Source of the DNA: Intoshia linei
Lineage: Eukaryota; Animalia; Orthonectida
Assembly (NCBI GenBank): GCA_001642005.1
Contig: LWCA01000094.1
Span: forward strand, 1 to 56,586
DNA: 56,586 nt
Direction of reading: 5' to 3'
Part shown: positions 13,801 to 26,699 of the stretch, one piece after another
Numbering within the stretch: position 1 is the stretch's first letter
Layout: every line of letters starts with the position of its first letter
Notes under the pieces: model-generated
Databases searched by the model: none
What the model saw: the letters and a program-made list of their open reading frames with translations, nothing else
Told to the model about the DNA's origin: nothing
Made by a program: the position numbers and the translations under genes

Positions 13801-15996
13801 AATAGTTACTAGCTAGCCATTAGCTAATGTTTAATGTGTTTTGGAAGAACTGATCCCGATTCATATTAATCATTTTCGCCAGCCCCTTAAATTTGTTTCA
13901 CAAGTACACAATGTGTACTACACATGTTGGTAATGACGATATATCATACATACATATCTATGTATACAAATTATTCGATGTTAATTGTTTTTATATACAC
14001 AAACGTTTATCAAATAGTAAATTAGAAGAATCAACAAATAATGATAATAAAATGTCTTAAAATATTATTAAAGTAACTTGTTAATAATATGAAAAGAATA
14101 GGAACTAGTAGTTTACATTTTATGTTCTCAACGGTGGGAGAATCGCCCCTTTGGGGGCGATTTAAAAAAATATATGTGAATTATGAGCCTAAAGGGCGAT
14201 TATAAAAAAATGGTTAAGAACCACTGGATACACCTGCTTAAATCCGATTTTTTTATTGGCCATGCCATTCAGTCAACTATTAGCTTCTTCGATAAGAACG
14301 TAAATCTCATTTTAATTTAAAATATATGATGACTGTTTAGTAAAAAATTAGTCAAAATATTCATAAATATATAATACATTTTTTGGTTCAGCCAAAACAC
14401 ATAAAGAGTATAAAACTCAATTTAAACAGCTACTGTCTTTTCTCAATTATAAGAACTTATTAAGAAGTCTTCTTATATTCGAGAGTAGAAGGAAAAATGC
14501 TTATAATCAAAAATTAGAATTCTGTTAAGTAGACCTTAAAAAATATAAAAAATACACTAAAAGTTTGCTTTGATATTTTAAGAATTCGTTAGATTTGTAT
14601 TAATAAAGTTGTAAATTACATAAGGGGTATTCTCAAAATCTATTTGTTTGAGATAAAACTTATAAAATTTTAAATAAATAAATCTTATAAATACAAAACT
14701 TCTTTCGAATACAAGCAGATACTGCTTATATTCAAATTTTATTTAGTTAAAAATTTTACTGAAAATTTGTAGATTAGAGGTCTGCTTATAATCGAGAAAA
14801 GACAGTAGCAGCAAATGTGATTCCCAGATACTTATTAGCACATAAATTAATTAAAATTTGTGTCAACAAATCAACAATTAAGGTTATTTAATTTACTTAA
14901 TCATAAATACATAATATAAAAAGTAAATTTCGATATTAAAACCATCCTTTTTGGAATCTCTTAGAAAAATTTGTGGATGTGTCGATTTGTAATTTTCTTA
15001 AAAATTTATAAGATATAATAGATAGACTATTCTAAACAAAGGCTCAAAGTCTGAAACACTCAAAAGTTCTATTTTATGTAACTAATGATTTTAATTCTTA
15101 ATTGGATAACAGTTATGGATGTTGGCAATTATGGCACACAAAAAATTTCAAAAAATCTCTTAAAATCTCTAAAAATCTCAAAAATAATTTCCGACATACA
15201 AGTGAATACAGATGACATGTTTGAATCTTCTGTGTGCCAAAAATTACCCAGGTACCAAGCGTATCAGGTGTTATTTACAGTAAACAGAATTTGAAAATTT
15301 CTATGCACGAAGACTATATAAAATAAAAATTACCTTTGTTGGCATGTCTGGCATAGGATTTTGATTACGACTGAGGTGTTGAGAAGGATAATTTCCATAA
15401 AAAATTGGATTAATAAACAAAGGATTATTGAGACTATTGGGATCATGAAAAGATGGCGGATAGGACGGATGATTAATTTTCTCGTACTTGTTTGGATAAT
15501 ATGCATTCCTAGGTAATTTTTCTTGAAACAGTGCTTGACCATTAGGATAATGATTAAAGTTGCGATCCATTTGATACGGATATACATGATTTGGTTTACT
15601 GTTACTCCTATTGAAATATGACGAATAATTATGTTTCTGAGGCATGTCAAGATTGAAATCTGCCATATAAGGTTTAACATTTGGAGTCTGAGCATGTCCA
15701 AAATAATTTTGATACATTTCCATATTATGCAGGGTGTAATGTGTTTGCTGGTTATATCTTTGAATAGGTAAAATTTGGTTGGAACAAGAACTGGAACCAA
15801 AATTGTATCCATTTGAGGATACTTTTTCACTGCAACTAGATCTATCGAGATAATCTCCCGTGTTTATCATGTAGTTTTTCCGATAAGATGGTTCACATTG
15901 ATTTAATTTCAATTCACTAATTTTATTGTTCAAGTTTGTATCAATTACTCCATGTTGAACAGCTTGTAATGGCATCCTGGATATAGGTACATTCAT
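7867..15996 (-). CDS. Zic: Zic/odd-paired C2H2 zinc-finger transcription factor; exons 15996-15334, 13571-13429, 9147-8984, 8039-7867 (an extra 5' exon is possible via an acceptor near 16007)
   Basis: Spliced: ..MPTK|[39 protein letters not shown]|[55 protein letters not shown]|[56 protein letters not shown]. FKAxYKLVNH, [10 protein letters not shown] and [10 protein letters not shown] are Zic-diagnostic. Confidence 0.95.
10498..11676. mobile_element. Non-autonomous hAT element (~1.2 kb) in Zic intron
   Basis: TIRs CATGCATTCTCAAC / GTTGAGAATGCCTA, subterminal GGGGTCCA repeats; TSD GTCTAACT vs ATCTAACT (7/8); related inverted copy at ~53870-54543. Confidence 0.85.
11849..12982. mobile_element. 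Older hAT-like element containing a nested insertion
   Basis: Ends CAAGGGTG / CACCTTTG, subterminal TGCTGG/CCAGCA motifs; flanks TATGCAAT vs TATATAAT (6/8); internal subrepeats resemble those at ~47140-48210 in the opposite orientation. Confidence 0.5.
12442..12950. mobile_element. hAT MITE (CAGAGCC termini), nested
   Basis: TIRs CAGAGCCTTCTTAAG / CTTAAAACGGCTCTG; TSD ATTAATAC vs ACTAATAC; subterminal GGCCC motifs. Confidence 0.8.
14433..14805. mobile_element. Tc1/mariner-superfamily (Tc2/pogo-like) MITE in Zic intron
   Basis: TIRs CTGTCTTTTCTCAATTATAAG / CTTATAATCGAGAAAAGACAG, flanked by TA on both sides; internal repeats of CTTATATTC. Confidence 0.8.
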
Positions 15997-18525
15997 TTCT
16001 TTTGATCTAAATTAACATTAACATGTTTTTCAACATTTCTACACTTAATTTGTGAAATCTACAGTGAAATTATTCCTGTCGCAGCAAGAATAATTTTTTA
16101 TTTTTAATTGTTACAAAGGGTACTCTGTTTTGAAATGTTATGTTAACTGTATTTTTAACTGCATGATATCAACTTATCATGATATTATTAAATGTACTAT
16201 GCTTTATCTATTTAAAATTTCAAGAGCTCTTTTTTATTGGTCAGTGACTTTATTCCTCTATTCAATTTATGAAACGCCTACTTGTTAGTTTGTATAAGAA
16301 TGTATTATCATTTTAAATTAAATAATTTATTACACAAGTGGAAAATTTATAAATATGTTGACATTTAGCATTGTAATGAATATTTACATTTATACATATT
16401 TGGTATAATTATTTTAATTTTTAACTTTTTTTGATTTATCTTGGTCTTTTTTTTGGTTTATTAATTATCACATTTAACCACCATTTTTATTAATTTCATT
16501 ACCTTTTAAACTTTTAATTTCTGGAAATGTTGAAAAATAGTATATTTAATCCTATTTGTTTATTTTTTAACATTATTTAATTTAAGCTTGTAATGTACAT
16601 GGAAGGTCATATGGAATTCTTGTTTACTTTATATATCACATACATAATTTTATAGAAAATAATTAAATTTTTATTTATTGATGTTTTGTTTATTAGCAAG
16701 TTAATTAAATTGTATTTAAAGCAATTTCTGCTCCATATATACTCATCGACAAGCTCAAGCTTTTATCCAGTTTTACTTTTTAATTCAAAAACCCTTTCGA
16801 CACTTTAACAGTCAACTACTGACAGTAATAATTAGATCATTGTGTCAATATTTCAATGTCATAGGGCAATAATAACAATAAGTTGTATGTATCTCATGTA
16901 CTTCATTTATTTTATACATTTTTACAATAGGACAAATATACATGTCATTTTATGGATAAATTCAATAAACCCTAATGCAAGTAAAATAGTATTTTTTTTG
17001 TAACTAAAACTTTACTATAAATCTTCCCATATCCTCAAAAATCATTTATTGAAAGGTGGTGGGTATACTTAACAATACAATAATAACAATGCATGTACTG
17101 TGCAGTGCACACAGTTGTAATATCTGATTCATGAAAAGTTATGTAGAGTAATTTTATCATTGTCCTTAAACTCAATTTTTATTAAAAAATATAAGTATTA
17201 CGTACTATAAAATAATTTATCAAGATAATGCCAAAATTAAAACGAAAGATTGATTTGGTTGCCTTACCGGTTTATGTGGTAAATCCACGCTTATAGTTAA
17301 TTAAATTACTTTTTGTTGTAAATAATAAAAATACTGAGAGGTAATACCCAGTCATAATGATAAATGGTAACAATGGTGAGAAATCGAGTTTCACTTACAT
17401 TGGGAACCCCTGGTTTGTATTATTTAATTTTATATCACGTCTCACCACTCGTATAACTCAACAATTAAGAAATAACAGAATTAAACATGCTAGAGACTAA
17501 CCTAAAATGAAAAATAAGCCCCTATAAAAATTTCCCAAACGATACATTTTGTCACATAGCCCGTAATTGCCTGTCCAAGTGTCTTAACTGATACTTTAAA
17601 TTAATTACGCAAAAAGCGTATGATATTCAAGAATTAAATGTTTTTATATGTTCAATTTGGAAAAATGAGACATTTTACAAAAAGGTCGTCGAGTTCACTA
17701 CTGGAGAAGAGTTTCGGATCTATTCTGAAACAACTATATTTGAATAAGAACGTTAAGTAAGGCAAAAAAACACAAATCCATAAATTTAGTAACATATCAG
17801 TTATGTTGACACTACTGATTTTAAAATTTTAAAATTTTAAACTATTCAAAAATATCACTATATATGCTATATAGAAAATATATATGCACAAAATAAGTGA
17901 CTATATTATAAAAATTACGAAAAAGAAACACCTTAAGCTGTCACAAGTTGATTATTGAATAAAAACGGGTTAGCCTCAACTCTTCAATTAATATGCCTTA
18001 TTGAATTTTCGGTAGAATATAATAAGAATAAGGATTTTACAGTATAATGCAGTAGTGCAATTCACAATACGCTGCTTTCTAAAATTTTTATTTTAGCGAC
18101 TCACTTGAACTATGCATAAATTCGGGGCTTCCAATTTCACATTAAACACGCATTCTTATTCAGTACATGTTTATTTCAAATAATCATTATTACAATACCA
18201 TACACCCTAATTTCACGGAGGGTATGATGATTTATTCACACAATAACTATTCATTTGCAATATCCTTTAGATTTAGATTTAGCCATTATTGGATAGATAT
18301 GAAGGAAATACAAAAATAGGAAATTAATCAAATCAAATTCCCATTCATGTAAGAAAATTAAGCAAATATAAGTTAGTAAACATTCTTACAATTCAAATAT
18401 ACGTACTTTTTGAGTATTACGATATATTCACTTGACTTTTCATAACTTTAAATAAATATTAACAATAGTAAAGTTCTTCATTTTTCAATTTCGGATATTG
18501 TTAATATTTATAACTACATGTATAT

Positions 18526-19665
18526 TAGGGTGTTAACTTTTTTCTAAGAACAAAAATACAAGGTTATACAAAATGAGAAAAATATTCTAAGAGCGGTGGT
18601 ACCATTCGTTAAGCCTAAATTTTGAAATACATCGGCCTGCTCAAAGAAAATAGTTTTCATAATTAAGATTTATAACATTGTCTGTAACCTTGCAATTATG
18701 TTTATATTATTTACTCAAATCGTCATGTCTATTAACAACAATCTTACCTGCGAAAAAAATTAAAATGGGTCTAATTAATGACAAAAAAATATTTTTTTCT
18801 CTCTATTTTATATTCAAAATTTCATCAGTAATTGCTAAAATTTTTTTTGTGTCAAAATAATATAAACGTAATATAATTAACATAAATCACTTAATGAAAG
18901 TCAGCTTAATGAAAAAATAATAATTATTTTGATTTTAATCTGATTGTTATGTTTCATGTCTTCCATATTCTATCTGTAAAATAATAGGAACCCTCAATAA
19001 ATGTGTAAATAAAGGTTGACAGAAGTATAGGTTAGCATCATGTAGATATTTTGGGGAAGCAACATTTTTGATATAACTGTAATTCATATATAAAATTTCA
19101 CAGAGATTATACAACACGGGCATAAGGTATAAGGTTGGTGAAATTTTAAGGAATCCAAATTCGTAACTGTTATACCCATACAAGTTGTATGGTTGTAAGT
19201 TGTATCATAATGATACATTTTAAAAAGTTTGTTGCATCATATGTATATTTTTTCACTGTTAGGTGTTCTACCATAAAATTCCCTCCTAAAGAGCAACCTT
19301 TCCACTTCTATTAAAAAAATTTCTTTATACTGTTTCTCAGATTCTTTACGGGGTGAAGTAACGCAGTACCATAAATACTTTCAAATGCCTACAGTCGGTT
19401 AATTAAATCGGTTACATGCATTGACGGTGAATTAGATAATGACACCGTTAATTGACTTGAAATTCATAATAATCATAAAAAATAATATTATAATAATAAA
19501 TTTCAGTTCAAAATGTTATGGGTATTTTTAAATTCCAGAGCAGGCCGATATTTTTGTAATAATATTAAAAACAAACACCGTAGACGTAATTTTTATTGCA
19601 TTTCTCATACCGTACGGCCTGTATTTTTTTAATTTCTAAAATTCGATCAAAAAGTTAACACCCTA
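18526..19665. mobile_element. Internally deleted hAT (hATm-like TAGGGTG termini) element
   Basis: Perfect 16-bp TIRs TAGGGTGTTAACTTTT / AAAAGTTAACACCCTA; flanks ATGTATAT vs ATATATAT (7/8); short internal ORFs are probably decayed coding sequence. Confidence 0.8.
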
Positions 19666-19768
19666 ATATATATTACGTTTATAACGGTTTATAATGGTTT
19701 ATAAACAAGCTGAGTGTATAAAAACAGGTTATCCCGATTTGATCACCGAAAAAGCTGATACTCTATAC

Positions 19769-20239
19769 CAGGTATGACCAACTTGTCGATCGAAAATAAT
19801 TTTCTAGTCGATCGCCAAAATTAAAAAATTGGAATTAATTTTTAATTTTAATAATACGCGTCATTAAATGATATCTATTTTAAAACAATTTAATTTAATA
19901 TTTATAAAATTTAATTTTATTTATATATTGTTAAAAAGTAGTTTATTATATGTGGAGTGGGTACCGGAATTTTACTTATTTAAGCCCTTCTATAGCAATA
20001 TTATTAAATTATATACTTGCTACATTAAATTATAACATTTTGATTTTTCCACTATTTCTTATACTGTAGGTTTTGCCGATAATTTTCAAATATACAGCGA
20101 AAGTTCTTCGAATTATTCTGAATGTTATTTTTATATGTTTTCTACGATCATACTTTTTAATTTTTAACATAGTTTTCAATCAGCAACATTTTTCTAGTCA
20201 ATGTATTAGTCGATCGCATCAAAAAAAAGTTGGACCCTA
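19769..20239. mobile_element. hAT (Buster-type) MITE
   Basis: Ends CAGGTATGACCAAC / GTTGGACCCTA, subterminal GTCGATCG repeats, perfect TSD CTCTATAC; a related right end lies at ~26590-26680. Confidence 0.85.
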
Positions 20240-21408
20240 CTCTATACCTATAGAGTATACCTTATTAGTGTGTTTTTAAGTATTTTAATGTGATTAAATA
20301 TTTTTTTAATTACCCAGCACCCAAAAGAACACTTAAGTTGTATTAAATAATTTGTTACTGTCAAAAAAAAAACTTATACCATTATTAAATATTTGATATT
20401 TTTATAAGTGATAGAGGATTCCAAAAATAAATATATCAATATAGATACCGATTCCTACTTCAACTCTAAAAATTTTGAAAAACTATTTCCATACGATCCA
20501 AAAAAACGAATATGAGATTTGTATTCGTAAATTATTGAAAAAAAACATTTCATTAATCATTGCACTATATGTTATTTCATTTTTATTTGCTGAATAGATC
20601 TGATAATTATCACGGAAAATTATTAAAATTTCGATAGAATTTACAAAAGAAAACTTTTTTATTAATTTGCAGTCGAATTTTTTATTTTTTTCTTCAACCG
20701 CTAATTTAAATAAATATTCACTGGTATCATTAAATAGTCTCTTTTTCTCACATTTCCGAAAAAATAACTAATTACTTTTAACTGGGTATTAGCATTCTCT
20801 ATTTTACAGACTGGTTACTTAAAAAGTAATGAACCCTTACAAAATTAACGAGACTAACGATTCTTGATTCAGATAAAGAATTTCCCCATCACTACTTTTT
20901 ATGTACTATTTGAGGTTCATTCATTCTATTCAGAAAATTTAACTCAAAATTTGTGAAATGACTAAAAATAAATACTAAGATTCACTGCAACTCACATACA
21001 TACCGATTAAAATCATTTAACTTACGTATAAAATAATATATAAACATACTGTGATATTAAATGAAACGAATTGAATTGACTCTTTGAATTGGTTTGAATT
21101 ATTTGATGATTTCAAGAGTGATCACCAACTGTTGTTAATTTTTCAGTGAATCTAAAATTGTGATTATTTGATCAATTATTAATAATTAAATAATTATTGT
21201 ATAAATAAACTTTGTAATTTTAAGTAAACTAATCAAATATCTTTAGCGTTATACTAATTATTAAAAAACTACCATGTTTTTTTTATTTACTATATTGGAT
21301 GAGAAAGTTTATAAATAAAAAACTAAGGTTAAATTTAAGGATTGTGAAAATTTGTTTAATAAAATGATATAAAATAAAATAATAAAAATATAATGGAAAT
21401 TATATAAT

Positions 21409-21957
21409 TAGGGCAGTTTTTTATGGGAAAATGCTATTTTTTATATGATAATCAGCACGAAATTAAAAGCATCATGATATCAATATTATGTTTATTAATT
21501 AGCTAATAAACAATTTATAAAGTCAATAAATGGCATTAAATGCCATAAAGTAAGTTGTTTTTTTTAAATGCCATAAAGTCTATTTTTTTTTTAAAGGATA
21601 TTCGACTTAAAAAAAAAGATATTCATAATATAATGAACAATAAAATTGAACAAATACATCCTTATCTATACAATTTATTAAGAAAAGGGCCATCTACCAC
21701 AAATAGTTTTGGACGTAGTTTCAATTTGTTAAAAAAATTGCTAACTAAACAGAGGAAATTTTTACCAGATAATGTTAAAAAGTATATTATGTTATACTAC
21801 AATAAACATTATAAATTTCAACATCTCTAACATCACACAATGAGATTTACATTGTTTGTTTCATTTACAGTTTTTTGTTATTCATATTCCTTATTTTAAG
21901 TTTTATTCATATTAATTTATTATGTAAAGTGACCGGCACCATCATGACCGGGGTCTA
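21409..21957 (+). mobile_element. Deleted hAT-superfamily element with transposase C-terminal fragment (ORF 21555-21830)
   Basis: PSTTNSFGRSFNLLKKLLTKQRKFLPDNVKKYIMLYYN resembles the hAT TSxxVERSFS..K.LL...R C-terminus; candidate ends TAGGGC / GGGTCTA; repeated ATGCCATAAA; no clear TSD. Confidence 0.55.
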
Positions 21958-23782
21958 TGCGAATAATTCAGACATTTTTTATGCTATTTTAGAATAAGTA
22001 TATACTATATAGATTTAAAATGTTATTAAAAGTAACCAATTTATAAAAAATTGTACTTTACAATGATAATTTTAATAATTTATTGTACATGATATTTTAA
22101 TAGCCAAAAAAAACCAAACTTTTAAAAAGTGATATTTTACTTATTATAATTATAAATGTTATCATTAAAATATATAAATTTAATTTGTTAATGACAACCA
22201 AGTTACTAGTTAAATATCTATATGCAGTATTTTCTCTATAATTCGCCATTTTTGAGATTTAAAAAAAGTTGTAGCGATAGGGAATTCCAAATTGTATACT
22301 TTATATTTGTGTTACCTATAATTTTGTTTGAATTTAATAATTAATTTGTATTTTTTATAAAATTTTTTATAACTTTATCTTTAATTTTTTAAAAATGGTT
22401 TGAAAATGAAAAAACAAATCATTAATTATTTCCTATTTTTCCTTCTTTAAGCAAAAACATTATAACATAACATTTCACAAAAACTGTATACTACATGTAA
22501 AAAAGATTAACTGAACAATCTTTTATAATAAAGCTGATTTATAAAGATATCAAAAATTTAATTAAATTTCTAAACTATGAATACCTCTATTGACACTTTG
22601 CGCTAAATAAAATGTTCAACAATGTAAAATCTAAATTGAATACGTTAATAATATTTTACTTAATCACCCGAATGGTATATAGCTTAAGGCAGTAAAGATT
22701 TAAAACAGTTTGGTTCATTTTCTCATTAGCTAGCTATTTTTTTCTATATTTGATTAATTTTTGATAAAATTTCTCTACAATAATAAAATTAAATTAAATT
22801 TTTAATAGAATTTTAATAATATTTTAATAATAATTAATAGATTTTAATACCATTTTCAATTTTGAAAATATATTTTGTTAATTACACACAGTGAGTTATT
22901 TGGAATCAAGTTGATAACACTGTGAAATAATTAAGAAACTTTGTAAAATTGATAAATTGAATAAATGTGCATACTTTTTTCAAACATTAAGGCATCCCTG
23001 GATCAATGCGATTTATGATACCGAAATATATGGGGTCCATTAAATATAATTACAATATAATTTATGCATGTACTTTTCTATATATAATGTACATGTATAG
23101 TATAATAAATCAAAGAAGCGTGATTTTAGTAACATGTTTCACAATTTTCATAAATACATCTTTATTAGTTCATTTATTTAATAAACTTGGTTTTAGGACA
23201 CATATGTAGGCATACGGTATGGAGTTAAAGTTGAAAATATTTTTAATTTTTTCTAATTGCCAAAATAAATTAATTCAGTTAAAATAATTTTACAGTGATT
23301 CTGCTAATTACAGATAGGTACCAAAAATATAATGGAAAATATCCATTAAGGTAAAGTAGTACTACTGTAGTATAAAATTATTTAATAAATAATGAGCGGT
23401 TCAAGAGTAATAAAATACTATAATTTAATCATTTAGCAATTTGTAAGGACGATACTTTTGTTATACTTTATTTATACTTTATGTTTTATTATGAACATTT
23501 TTTGTTCATTATGGTTGTACGTTATATTAATACGCTTGACAACACAAAATGGTTAAAACGAGATAATAACGGTCTGAGTAGTGATCTTAGTTACATCCTT
23601 ACTTATACAAAAATATTAAAATAAAAGTAGCTAAAAATGTGTGTCTGTGAATAAACATTTATTGAGTAAACTAATTGTCCCAGAAATTTAAAAAACAAAA
23701 ATTTCGAGTCATTTTTTTCTGATGATTTTTTTAAGCCCCATCGGTGGGACGCACGCCCCACGTTGGGAATCACTGATATAGA

Positions 23783-23886
23783 CATAATTTCTCAGCCGGA
23801 GGTAGCAAAACGTGTAATATATATAAATGATGTAACCTTTAACTCGACCCATTGAGAAACTTGGCGGCTGCTGTTGAGAAATTATG
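23783..23886. mobile_element. Small hAT-like MITE
   Basis: TIRs CATAATTTCTCAGC / GTTGAGAAATTATG; follows another hAT end (GTTGGGAATCACTG, ends 23775); no TSD seen. Confidence 0.5.
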
Positions 23887-24002
23887 CTTTGGCCACATAC
23901 ATACAATTTGAACACGATAATTAAATGTAAATTTTACATTTATAGTATACATTACATTACTATTTGCATAAAGATATAAACATTGGATTCATAATATAAA
24001 TA

Positions 24003-24422
24003 ATGTTCAAGATTTTTTGTCTACTAATTATAATTTTATTCAGTTACTTAAACGCCGATCGGATAGATGATGCAAATATAATTGAATATGATGTTAAAAT
24101 TTTTAATAAGCTTGCTTTGACGGAAGAAGATTATTACATCAACATAATAATATTTTTGTGTTTGGGATCCTATATTTTATCAGAATTGCTTATGCAATTA
24201 TGTAACTCAATTGCATACATTATTGATGTTGGTATATATACCAACTCCAATTCATGGGAGGCGCATAGAAAGTTAAATGAAGAATCGCATATATTGTATT
24301 ATACTGCATATTCTATTCCACCATTTTATATGTTTGAGAACTTAATATTGAACTACTGTGATGATTCGGGTATAATATTTTATTTTTCAGTAAATACTAT
24401 AAGTATAGTTGTATCCTGTTAA
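24003..24422 (+). CDS. Hypothetical secreted or membrane protein fragment, cut at its 3' end by repeat sequence
   Basis: 139-codon ATG ORF, long for this composition; signal-peptide-like MFKIFCLLIIILFSYLNA|DR; TATAAA just upstream; Helitron-family sequence from ~24407; no homology recognised. Confidence 0.4.
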   Translation: MFKIFCLLIIILFSYLNADRIDDANIIEYDVKIFNKLALTEEDYYINIIIFLCLGSYILSELLMQLCNSIAYIIDVGIYTNSNSWEAHRKLNEESHILYYTAYSIPPFYMFENLILNYCDDSGIIFYFSVNTISIVVSC

Positions 24423-26699
24423 CACACATAAAAAATTTCAATCCTAATAAATGACGACTTCACGGTCAAAAAAGCATTTTAGTATTCATATATTTTTTTT
24501 CCGAAATATTTTATTTAAACAAAAAATCTGAAATAATTAACAGTCCGAAAATTAAAAAAAATATTATTCTGATAGAGGTTATTCCAGTTGATATAAATGC
24601 AAAATTTCAACTCAGAAATCTACGCATTCCCGGTAAAAAATAATTTTTAATATATTATCAACCAATATTTTTCAAATATTTCGATTAAAATCAAAAATTG
24701 AAAATGTAAATATTGATCCTACAATTTCAAAACAATGTAAATTGTACGTCTACACATTTCCAATAAAGACTATGGGTGAAAGTCAATATAATTCATTCCT
24801 TTTCGCAATTTTTGTCATTACTACGCAATTTTTTAAATTTCAAATTTTTATTTTCAAAAATTTTTATTAACAATATAAAACATTCAAATTTAAATAAGAA
24901 ACTAAACAACGAAACTAAAAAAACTGTTATAATATCATTTTTATATTACAATCCTTTGCAATAATGGTAAAATTCGACTGAAATGTTTATAAAGTGAAGA
25001 TTCAGTTAATTATTGATACACAATGGGTATATTTAAGTATTTATTAAATTGGTACTGAATATATGTCATCAGTGATGACTCATCACATTGAAAATGACAA
25101 AATAGATTTTTATAATTTTATTTTTTCTGGAATTTATGCTATTTATGACAATTTTTAGGTGAGTGTTTTTACTTTATTGTTAAGATTATACAACTCATTC
25201 TGTCTAATAAATTATTTCTTTAATTTTATTTTTTCTGGAATTTATGCTATTTATGACAATTTTTAGGATTGGACGTTTTTACTTTACTTTTAATATTATA
25301 CACACATTTTGTCTAATAAAATTGGACTGTTTTTACTTTATTTTTAATATTATACACACATTCTGTCTAATAAAATTAATAAAATGGGATAACAATTGTT
25401 TTTAAAATTCTTTACTTAAATGTTAGCAAAACAAAATTAAGATTGAATAATTCACTTTAAAGTAAAAAGTAATATGAAGGTTCCACCTGAAACAAATTTG
25501 GGAACCACTCCTTTAAAAGATTGATAATAGTGAATAGTAGGATTTTTAAGTTAGATTTTCAACATGAATTTATTTGATATAATAAAAATTGCCTTCAGCA
25601 GAGCTAGGTGCTGTTTGTACATAGTTCATAACAGTCAAGCTAGTAATAAAATAAAAATCGTCACTACATGGATAAATTACTAATATTGAAATTATGCAAC
25701 ATAAAAATTGTTTTGCTGCTGATGATAAAAATTGTTTTGTTTTTCCCAAAGTAATAAAGTGCACCCCAAAATTCAATAATAATTTACATGGACCCATTAA
25801 AAATTGAAATAAAATTGAATACCCTTGTGTTTCCGTTTAATTAAAAAATTAAAATTGTACAATGCCACCTTATTTTAATACTTTCCACTAGTTGTCTATT
25901 TGGATAATATCTCCAGAGTTACCAGGTAGGGCAGAATGTTTAGGTTTATGGATTTGTATAATTCCTTTACAGACCTCTCATTGTGACAGGGAGCCAAATT
26001 TGTTAGGAAATAAGATTCATTTTTTATTTCTATTATGAATTTATATAGAATTAATAGAAAGGAAGACCAATAAAAACATCTAATAAAGCAAATACAAGAT
26101 ATTTCAAGGACAGAAAAATGCATAATTAATATTTTTTTTTTTATTTTGTTTTAAAAAGTTTTCTTTGTTTTATCATCAGTTTAAATAAGTATTAAAGCGT
26201 TTATAACTTGTTTATCGATAATCTATTTCTATTTGAGAACTTCATTTTGTTTTGTTTGTCATATTGAGTTTTTATGGGATAATTCGCAATTCTGTAAAAC
26301 TGGATTTTTCCTTTTAGTGTTGGTAAATTTTGATTTTGATTAAAAATGGTTGGATTTAAGTAGACACTCATTTTATTTTGTTAATATTTCTTTACATATG
26401 TAAAAACTTATTAAAAAAATTACGTGATGCCAATTTTTGAAATTATCAGAGAGAATGAGTATATATTTTACACTCTATAATCTTAAAAATAATTTCACAA
26501 CAGTACAATCCTAAAAATCATCATAACTAACTTGATTCCATGAAAAATAATCTACGATCATCCTTATTTATTTTTAACAAGTTTCTGATCAGAAACATTT
26601 TTCTAGTTAATGTATTAGTCGATCTCCACTCATTGAAAAATTTTAAAGTCGATCGCATCAAAAAAAGGTTGGGCACCCACATTTAATAAATAAACATTA

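Larger units (their letters stand above)
23596..25643 (+). mobile_element. Helitron-like non-autonomous element or composite
   Basis: 5' A|TCCTTACTTATA..GTGTGTCTGTG at 23596 and 3' ..CAGTCAAG-CTAG|T at 25643; 25005-25643 is homologous to the reverse complement of 38408-38800; internal tandem subrepeats at 25110-25375. It is uncertain that both ends belong to one insertion. Confidence 0.6.

Noticed and set aside
15245-15300. Apparent Zic exon KFSNSVYCK* with TAA where Trp is expected, suggesting RNA editing or readthrough
   Set aside because: The real CKW is encoded at 13571-13563 behind a clean acceptor in the right phase, so no recoding is needed.
25110-25375. CRISPR-like repeat array
   Set aside because: Eukaryotic context; degenerate tandem duplications inside a TE without unique spacers.
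25896-26123. LAPCHNERSVKE resembling a hAT-type PCHxxxVERxVK motif
   Set aside because: Match is short and gapped, and no matching left terminus was found.
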